A stretch of 58,215 bases of DNA from a virus (taxonomy: Duplodnaviria; Caudoviricetes), in the IMG/VR virus record IMGVR_UViG_3300042869_000303, positions 1-58,215 of that record; one strand, written 5' to 3'. How positions within the stretch are numbered: the first letter of the stretch is position 1; each line of letters starts with the position of its first letter. Below, one piece after another: positions 20,016-30,100 of the stretch. Under the pieces are notes generated by a model. That model did not search any database. It was not told the origin of the DNA and worked only from the letters and a program-made list of their open reading frames with translations. The position numbers and the translations under genes were made by a program.

Positions 20016-21182
20016 ATGGCAAAGTCGTATTATAAATATGTAGAAAGAGAGGCGGACAGTTTTGTAAATTGGGCAGACATCGGTAAGAATATGTCTGACA
20101 TGCTTGCTGAGACCAACCGTGTACGTAAGGAAAAGAAAGATGCTCTCGACAAATCATCTAGAGATTTTCAAAGCTATCTAAACAATAATACTCCTACAGG
20201 GCAAGATGAATCTGCTAGAAAAGAGGCGTTGATATTTGCAGACAATGCATCTAAGTTTATGCTGATGCAAGACACGCTTCTTAAAAGTGGAATGATGAAG
20301 CTAAAGGACTATACCATTGGCAGGCAGAACATACTTGACGACACAGAAAGACTATTTAACACCATGAAAGAGTACCAAACTCAGTACGGTGAAAGGATGC
20401 AAAGGTATAATGATGGCATTTCATCACTTGGAGAGGTTATGGATATGGAGGAACTTGAAGGCTTTGCTGATTGGGAGAAGTCAGGCGCTTACATTAACCC
20501 ACAGACGGGTCGTGTTGTCATGGCTAAGAAAGAGGAGCAAGACGTAGACGGCAAGAAGATTTATACAATGAGCAAAAACCCAAATACTTTTTCTAGCATT
20601 GCTACACTTAACGGATTGATGCGAGAGAAATGGAATAAATTTGACGTGGCAAAAGCTACCGAGGAGTGGACTTCTGATTTAGGAACAAATTTAGAAGAGA
20701 TGACTGTAACACCTGCAACTGTTCTACAGAAGGGATTGACAAGGTCAAGAGAAGATATTACAAAAAGAACTGACCTAGCTGAAGACGAAAAGACTGTTCT
20801 ATATAAATTTGTTGATGCCGAGAATGACTATATAAAAGCCTCTTTAGTAAATCCATTTAATAGAGCATCTACTCTATTGGACTATGTTGAAAAAGCGTCT
20901 AACAAGCAAAAGTATTTTTTTACTCGGGACCCTGATGTAGCGAAGAGTAATCCTGCTGCTATTCTTCAGATTATAAATCCTGTTACACAAGCAAGGACAT
21001 TTGAGTTTAGTGATGAGCAGATAAAAGCTTCGGAAGAGTATGTTAGAGGGTTCGCTAGGTCTAAGTATAAAAAATCAGTTAAGGAAGAGAGCACTCCTCA
21101 ATTAAAGCCACCGCCACAACCACGGAAGGCTGCTAGTAAGCCTAAAACTACTACTACCGGTTCCTCTTTTAGTAATTTCTAA
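20016..21182 (+). CDS. internal virion / ejection protein
   Basis: Helical 388-aa protein between two other ejection-type genes. Confidence 0.55.
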   Translation: MAKSYYKYVEREADSFVNWADIGKNMSDMLAETNRVRKEKKDALDKSSRDFQSYLNNNTPTGQDESARKEALIFADNASKFMLMQDTLLKSGMMKLKDYTIGRQNILDDTERLFNTMKEYQTQYGERMQRYNDGISSLGEVMDMEELEGFADWEKSGAYINPQTGRVVMAKKEEQDVDGKKIYTMSKNPNTFSSIATLNGLMREKWNKFDVAKATEEWTSDLGTNLEEMTVTPATVLQKGLTRSREDITKRTDLAEDEKTVLYKFVDAENDYIKASLVNPFNRASTLLDYVEKASNKQKYFFTRDPDVAKSNPAAILQIINPVTQARTFEFSDEQIKASEEYVRGFARSKYKKSVKEESTPQLKPPPQPRKAASKPKTTTTGSSFSNF

Positions 21183-21197
21183 TTAATTTTAAAGAAA

Positions 21198-24100
21198 ATG
21201 GACGAAAAAGCAATTGATCTCTTATACAAAAGAGCAAAGTCTGAGGGTTACACTAAGAGTGTAGATGAATTTGTTGTATTGCTTCATAATAATGATAAAG
21301 CATTTAACCTCATGTTCTCATATGCAAAGGAGAATGGCTACCAAAAAGATGAGAACTCTTTTGCTGAACTTGTAGGCAAAAAAAAAAGCGCAGCACAACC
21401 AATCCCGAAGAGCGTATTTCCCGTTATACCTACCATCCCCACCGCTACGGAATCGTCTGCGGCAGTTGGTTCTTCGGCTTCACCAAAACAACCAAAACCG
21501 AAGAGCGCATTCCCCGTTCAGCCTAATATACCAAGTGCTCCGGCAGCTAGTGCTCCGGCTTCACCAAAAAAGACGGGACCGGTTCGGAGTCTAGTGCCAA
21601 TCTCCCCGGAAGTTGGTTCTTCGGTTTCACCAAAAGAAAGTAAATTTAATGTAGAAGAATTTTTAAAAAGCACTAAGCAGCAACCGCAAAAAATATCTTC
21701 TGACAATTTGGTTTTGCCAAAGTTTTATGACCCGGTTACGGACTCAAAGAATATTGCAGAAACAGCTAAGCGTAAGGCAGAAAATGCAAGGCTATTAAAT
21801 ATTCAAAAAATAAAAGATGCTCAGAAGAAAAAAGAAGAGGATGCTAGAATAAAGGCTGCTGCAATTGGTATTGTAAAGACCCCTGAGTTTCAAAGCAAGT
21901 TAACCATTGTTGACGACAAGCTTATAGACCAAGATGAGGATGCTGTTGTCACTAGAATGAATAGAGAGTTTGGGCGTTATGGGTTTACATTTGAGAAAAC
22001 AGGTATTGGTGATGCTATGATAGTGCGCTCGTTTGATGGCAAGCATACCCTTGATGTTGACTTAGACCCTTTCAAAAAATCAACCGAGATAGAAGAAGCT
22101 TCAAATCTCCGTAAATTCTTAACGTCTTATGCTCAAGAAGATTTTAAGATAAAAGACGAAGACTTTCTTAGCCAAGCATACAAGGCTCAAAATTTAAGAA
22201 AGGTGGGTAGGCTTAATCCTGATGGCACCGAGTCCACTGTAAAGATGACTTCTTTTGAACAGGATGGTAAGTTCTATGCCATGCCTACACTATTCCCCAA
22301 GGACCCCAATAACTACAATACTAGCCCAAGCACTTGGGATGAATTATCTTTTGATAAGGCGCTGAAGGTTGCAAGGGAAAGAGGCGAGCTGTTCCAATTT
22401 AAAACAGATCAAGAGGCAAAAGATTTTGCAAAAGGCTCTTGGAAAGATGTTAGCACAAGAGATGTTGAGGCTGACAAGTTCTACAAGTCAAGGGGTTTAG
22501 ATTACATCTCAGAAAAGAAAAGGTACGATAAATACAAAGAACTAGATGACATCATAGACTTTGTTGAGGGTAACAACGAGGAGGGTAGAGAAGGGTTGAA
22601 GAAAACAAATCCTGAGTTGTTTATAAATGGTCGCTTAAGAGAGGATGCTGAAGAGTATATAAAGGAAATAAAAAATCAAAGAGATGCATTAGAACCTGTT
22701 GTAAAAGACTACGGTTTTTTTGATGACGCAAAGTCTGAAGTTGCTCGTATGGATTGGGATGCAAAACTTGCAGAAAGAGAGAAGGAGATAGTAGGTCAGG
22801 CTATTAAAATAAATAACGAGGCGAAAGCGATAGAATATGAACTTGATGCAAAATCAATCGAAACGTTTGGTATTCCGGCAAAGGACCTTCTTAAGTATAA
22901 GAATACAGACCCTAACATGCAGGCTGAGTTTGATGTGATAACAAAGGAGTACTATTCAGTTCAACAAACTCAAAAAGAAGCAGCAACAAAATTTGAAGTA
23001 GCAAAAACTTATTTTGATGCAAAGGCAGACAAGCAAATAAATGGAGAGTTAAAAGAAAATTTAAGAGGCTTTTGGAACTCTACTTATGATGCTTATAGTC
23101 AAGGACTAATTGGGGAGCAATTATTATCTTTCACAATGCCCGGTGGTAAAGACGTTTCTTCTTTTGCAGACAGAAAAGAGGCTGCGGAGTATATTGCCAA
23201 GCAGTATGCTGATATGTACAATACAGAAAGCAGGGCAATGGCTCGTTGGAGAAATACAAGAGGATTCCAAGAAGGATTAGGAGTTATTGCTGATGACCCT
23301 GCGGAGTTTTTGTCTACATGGGTAGCTACTTCTGTTTCTCAAATATTGCCTTATGGTTGGAAGATTATTGCAGGCTCTACAGCAACAGGTGCCGGAGTTG
23401 GTGCGGCAATAGGTGCTCCGGTAGGCGGAGTAGGAGCTATACCCGGTCTTATTACAGGTGCAGGATATGGATTTAGGTCAGGCATGGCAATTACTAACCT
23501 TGCTGCTGAATATACAGGCGCTATAATGTCTGCGGTTGAAAGCAATGGGTATAATCCAATGGACCCTGAGTCATTAGCAGAAGCTCTTGGGAAGAAAGAA
23601 ATTTGGGATGAAGGGAAAAACATAGGTTTAACTAGGGGTATACCTATTGCAGTAGTTGACATGCTTTCAGCCGGTCTTGCAGGAAGAATTTTTAAGCCTG
23701 CGAGTGCGTTAGCTTCCCGAACTAAAAAGATTGCTCTTGGTGCAGCAGAGCGTCTTGTGATTGACCCTGTTGCTGAAGGAACAGGAGAGCTTTTTGCGCA
23801 AGGAGCAGAAATTATTACGGGAACAGGCAGAAAGAGTATAGGATGGAAGGAGATAGCTGAAGAGACGATGGGTGGCTTAGGTAACAATACTATCAATTGG
23901 GGTATGAATACATACAAAGACCTAAGAGATAAAAACAATATAGACATAGCTAACAGCTTTACTAATATTGCGAACATAAGCTCTGAGAGTGCTTCTGACG
24001 AAAAGATTACTACTTGGGTTGACAATATGTTGCAGCTTAAGAAGATTGACGCTGATGTTGCTCAAAGAATAAATGAGAATGTTGGTTTGAGGAGAGAGGC

Positions 24101-27100
24101 GAGAGAGTTGTTAGAAGTTGGAACAAATAAGAATAAAAACTCAGAGGCAGTTAACAGGACCATGGAGTTGTTGGCTGCAAGAAAAGAGCTTTCTTCATCT
24201 CAAAATAGAAGAGAGATATACCGTTCAAAAATTCAAGATATTAATGCAGAGCTTGCTATTATAGGAGAGACTAAAAATACGCTTCCTGTAGACAAGGCTA
24301 TTGACTTAAGTACTATTATTGGGACTACTAGGCAGGGTACCTCTCAGTATTCTATAGATGGCAGAAGGTTTACAAAAGAGCAGTTTATTGAAAAGGTAAA
24401 AGCCCTGCCTGACGAGCAACTTAACAGAGTAGTATTGGGCGTAAAGAACGACCCTGAAACAGGTAAAATAATAAAACAAAGATACAATGCCATTCAAAAG
24501 CAAGCAGCAGGTCAAGTACCTGTACAGTCAGAAACCGGAGTTAGCCAAGAAGTGGTCGAAGGAGAACCCCAAGCAGAACCTCAAGTCCTTACCAAAGAAG
24601 GTGTCCAAGAAGAAGTAGATGTAGATGTGGAAAGCAAGATAAATAAAATGCTTAGCATAGACGAAAGCGACTACGATTTAGTTGACGAAGATGGCAGACC
24701 TGACACATTTGAAGAAGACCGTTTATCGAAAGACCAAAATGTAGAAATTACAAATAAGGGGGCTACTGTCTTTGTTAAAAAAGAAGACAACAATGAAATG
24801 TATTTATACGGATTAGCAAGCGAAAATAAAAATAAAGGAGAAGCTTCCGAGCTTTTAGACAAAATAATTTCCGTTGCAGATAAAATGGGATATGCAATAA
24901 AACTTGAGGCAATGGCTGAATCAGGTGGGCTTTCCCAAGAAGAATTGATAAGTTTTTATAAAAATAAAGGCTTTGAGTTTGATGGCATAACCGGAACTAG
25001 AAAAGCAAAAGCAGGTCAACAAGGTACTACTGATGTTGGACAAGCAGGGACAGCTCCAACCGCTCCCGTTCGGACTGAAGGAAGCGTAGCCAACCCTGCA
25101 TTGAAAGATGTAAAAAGCACAAAGAGAGCATTGGATGAAATGTTTAATTCAAGACCTGCATATGCTTTGTATAAATTAGTAAAAAATAAGTTTGCCCGTG
25201 CAGCATTAAAAGGAGTTACGTTTGACTTAGCTAATGCAAATGAAAATAGAATTACTGCAGAAGCATATCACCAAGCAAAGAAAAATGGTAAAAATCCCGA
25301 ATTAGTCAAAGCGGTAGAAGAATTATTTGGCAAACAACAAGCACAAGAATCAGAACAACAAACAACAGAAAGCGTATTAGACAAGCCTATAGAAGAGGTG
25401 TCTGTTGAGGATATAATAGCTGAGCTGAACCGTATTAAAAATCCATTGTCGAGTGCTGATATATCAGTAGCAGAATTAAATTCTGACGGAGAGATTCTTG
25501 ATTTCATAAGAAGAGCGTATGCAGTGTTGAAGTTCTTATACCCCAAAGCAACGTTTGAAGTTTATAATACCACCAAAGAATACGAAGCAGCAGGAGGGAG
25601 AAGAAATTCAAGAGGAGAGGCAATGATGAATGAAAATGGGGAGCATAGGATATTACTAAACTTAGAGGTAATAAAGGAACAAGGCTCTGCAAAGACAGCC
25701 TTTCATGAAGTTATTCATCCAATAGTATATGATGCTTTTGGAGCGAGCCCTGAAAAGCTAATCCCTATATGGAATGAGCTTTTCAGAACAATGAGGAACG
25801 TGAAGGGAATGGAACGAGTTTTTAGTCATGTTAGCCGTTACCCTACCAATGAAATAGCCGTAGAAGGTATTACAGAAACAATAACACAAATTGCTGCCGG
25901 GAACATTGATTTAAGCTCAGTGCCGAAATCACAAGCAAACAAATTTATTGAGTTAATAAATAAACTTTTTGAAGCATTAAAAATTGATTTTAGAATAAAT
26001 TCAATCAATGATTTCTCAGAAGTATCTAAAAAAGTAAAACAAGCTTTTGAGACTTCTAATGCAGAATCATTAAAGGGTATTATCAAAGGAGGAAAGAACA
26101 TTGATAATTACTACAAAAACTTAAAAAATAGGGACGCAAATCCTGAGGCAATAGAAAAGCTTCAAAAACTACTTCAAGAAAAATTAAAAATAGAAGTCGA
26201 ATCCGGAAGATTAAAGCAAGATAATGCCAACAAGATTCTAAAGGATAATAACATTGCAGCAGAAGAATCGTTAACAACTAAAAATAAAGAAAATGAAAAA
26301 GTACAATCCGAACGAACAGGAGACGGAGCAGGACGGGATATTGGCAGGAAAATTACGCCTCTTGAAGGCACGCCATCAGTCTCGGGCTTTAACGGACCGG
26401 ACGAACAGCTTGTTGCCGTTGCCGAAAAATATGCAGCAGAAAACGGAATCGACCTCAAAAGACAATCAGAATATGTCGAAGTAGATGAGGAAAGAGCAAC
26501 ACGAATAGCTGATGCTTATGAGCAAATGGCTAACGACCCTCAAAATCCAAAAGTAAAAGAAGCCTATCAAGAGTTAATCAAACAAACAATGGCGCAGTAT
26601 CAGGCATTAGTTGATGCAGGATATAAGTTTTGGTTTATGGACTTGAATATACCAAGCAATGCTGAGTATGCAGAATCTCCATATAATGCTATGCGTGATT
26701 TGAGGCAAAACAAAACCATGGGAGTATTCCCAACTGTTGATGGATTTGGCACAAGCGACCTTGATGTAAGCAACAATCCTTTATTAGAAGACACAGGTCT
26801 TAGATGGTCTGTAGGAGGCGTAGATGGAGAAAGAACGATTCCTGTATTAGCAAATGATTTGTTCAGGGCAGTTCACGATGCTTTTGGTCACGGATTAGAA
26901 GGCTCAGGATTTAGGGCAAGAGGAGAAGAGAATGCTTGGCAGGCTCACGTAAGATTATTTACAGGACCGGCAGTAGGAGCTATTACGAGTGAAACAAGAG
27001 GTCAAAACTCTTGGGTAAACTTTGGTCCTAACGGAGAATCTAATAGAACTGCAAGTACAGAAGACACTGTTTTTGCAGACCAAAAAACAGGTCTTATGCC

Positions 27101-30100
27101 TGATTGGACTTGGACAGAAGGTCGTGCAGGAGATATGAAGACGGAACAAGAAGCTAAGCCTACAACAGAACAGATTGGTGTAAAAGAATTAATGACTGCT
27201 GATACTAAGACTCCCACAACACTTAACAAGGTTCTTGATTTATTAAATAAAGCAGAGGAAAGTATTGATAAGTTTGGAAAAGAAACAGCAGGTGTAAACA
27301 TAGCACTTCCATTAGCGAAGGTTATTATAAAGGCAATCAAGGCTTTAGTAAAAACAGGTATAACTCTTCAAGAAGCTATCAGAATAGTAGCAGAGAAAAA
27401 TAAAGTAACTGAGCAGGATATTATCGAAAGCATTGAGATTCTTACTCAGGAACTAAATGAAACAAACCTGCCCGGCTATGACAGGATGATGGGAGAGGTT
27501 AATGGCATTATCTCTAAGTCACAAAAGCGTGGTGTTCCATTTAACACTATCATGAATAATGCTATGGAGTACGTGAAGAAGTCTAAGGTGTATGAAAACG
27601 CTACAGACATTCAGCGTGAGTCTTTGGTTCGTGAAATAAGAAAATTGTTTGGTAAGCGCGAGAAGGCTGCTCCATCAGTAAGTAAGGTATTAGGTGAGAC
27701 TAAAACAAAAGTAACTGTTGATGAGATGGCTGCTCTCAAGTCTCAGATAAAACTTGAGGCAAGGGCTGCAAGAGAAGCTAAGCTAGACCTTAATGGAAAG
27801 AGAAGGATGCTCAGTGATGCTGTTCGTAAGATGGCATCTACCGGAAAAATCCCTGCAAAAAAAGTAGCGGCAATTATAAACAAGATAGGGAAGTTAAATC
27901 TTGACAGCTACAAATCTGTACAAGCATTTATAGACTATGCAGGCAAGGTGTTTGCCGATGCTGAATATGCAGATAAGCTAAGCACAGCTAAGTCTACTAA
28001 ATCTGAAATATCAAGCCTTTCAAGAAACAAAGAAAAAAATGCTAACCTTAGAGATTTAGCAAGGGAGTTTATTAAAATAGACCCATCATTGGTTGAAGAC
28101 ATAGATGCATACAACGAAATGGCATCTCTGATAAAAGAGTCACTGAAGGGGTCAAAGATTGTTGGTAAGAAAGTAAACTTTGCTGAGATTGCAAATATCG
28201 AAAAAGCTACAGAGTATATCAAAGAAACAATGAATGCTCAGAGAGAAGCGCTTCAAAAAATTGCTTCTGATGAGATCCAAGAATTGATGGGTGTTGACCC
28301 TGATGACTTTACTTATGAAGAGCTATTAAGCCTTCTTCAAAAGGATGAGCCAATTACAAAATACAATGAGAGCATAATCCGTAATTTAATATCTAAAATG
28401 TTTGACATCAACTCTTCAATAATTAAGAGCATGATTAGAACAGGTGTGGATGCTTTTACCGGAGACCCTGTTGATTTTACAAAGTCTCAGGTCGATATTA
28501 TCACTCGGTTTATGGACATGAATTTAGATAGACTTAGTGCAAAAGAAGCTTTGCAAACGGTTGATGCATTAGCAAATTTTATTCAAAATAAGTCTACAGC
28601 AAAAATGGAATCAGTTCTTGCTGATTACCAAGGGAAAGTAAATGCAGAAGCTATTTTAAAGAAAGGAATATTTGCTGTACCATTAAGAAAAATGTTTTCA
28701 AAAGATTTTGGTAGATTATTAGCTGAACAAACAACTAACCTTGGACCTTTATTTACAAGACTATTTAAAGGAGTTCAACGTGGAGGTCTTGTTGAAGAAT
28801 ATATGGGAGTTACAAAACTAACAAATTCAAAAGCGTTAGCAGAGACAGAGGCAAATAATATTGCCAATGACTATGTAAAACAATTTTATAACAAAAAAGC
28901 CAATGGCGAAATATTCAATACTGAGTTAAATAATATAGAAAGAGGGATGGCTTCTTTTATGCTTAGAAATGTTATTGGTACTGATACTGAAATGCAAGAA
29001 GAATTTGATAGAAGAAAAAGGCTTATTGCTGAATCAATTGATGTTTTAAGAGAAGGCACTGAAATTGAACAGAAAAAAGCCGAGTTGTATAGCAAAGTTT
29101 TTGACAAAATTGTTTCAGAGTCTACAAACATTCAGGATATTAAAGATAAAACAGATGTTGTTAATTTAGATGCTGTTAATTTTTGGGTGGAACAGTGGTC
29201 TAATAAGTACGATGAGATGGCTGATGTGTCTTTAAATGTTTATAATAGAGTTTTAGGTAAAGACATCAACTACAACCCTGATAAATTTGTTAGACTTACT
29301 CGAGAGTCAGGAGATGTTGAATTATCTAACAACGAGTCTGCATTCCATAATAATAATGGTACTATATACAAGAAAGAGTCTTCAGGATTAATGACTGCAG
29401 TTAAGCCTAAGACTTTGCCTAAAAACACTAAGAATGGTGAAGTATCTAGGTACATTGATTTGTCATTTGATAAGAACAATGCAAACTCTATGTATGACGC
29501 TCTTGTTGATATTAAAACTGCTGCATCGATAAGACAAATAGAATCGTTTTTAAATTCTTCTTCTTTTAATAAAATTATTGGAACTCCTGAAGATGCAAAA
29601 ATTCTTAAAGAACGCATTCAGCTTTACGTGTCTAATATAAGAAATAAAAATCCTTATTCAAGTACAGATGAATTATCTAAGACAATACGTAGATTAAATA
29701 AAATAGCAGCAATTGGAGTAGGTCAAGCATTAGGAGGTGTAACTCAGCCTCTGAAGCAGGTTATACCTGTGGCAATAAACACTCTTATCAATGCCGGAAG
29801 TTTAGACTTAGGAGCTGTTTTTAATTCTTCTAAAAATAACTTTATATCAAACTCAGGATATGCAATTGCAAACAGAGGAGTTGAGTCTCAAGCTCTAATC
29901 GATTCTATAAACAGAATTATTGAAGAAGCAGCTAATTCAAATGGAGCAAAAGCATTGAGATTAATTGAAGAGGCAAATCAAAAGTGGTTAAAGGTTTTCT
30001 TGGTTAAACCTGATGTGTTTATTGCAAGAGCATCTTGGCTATCTTACTATGAACAGTCTTTAAAAAAACAAGGTATAGACACAAAAGGAATAGACTATGA

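Noticed and set aside
25033-25089. Third +1-frame nested ORF (MLDKQGQLQPLPFGLKEA)
   Set aside because: Only 18 codons and no A-rich leader; expected by chance
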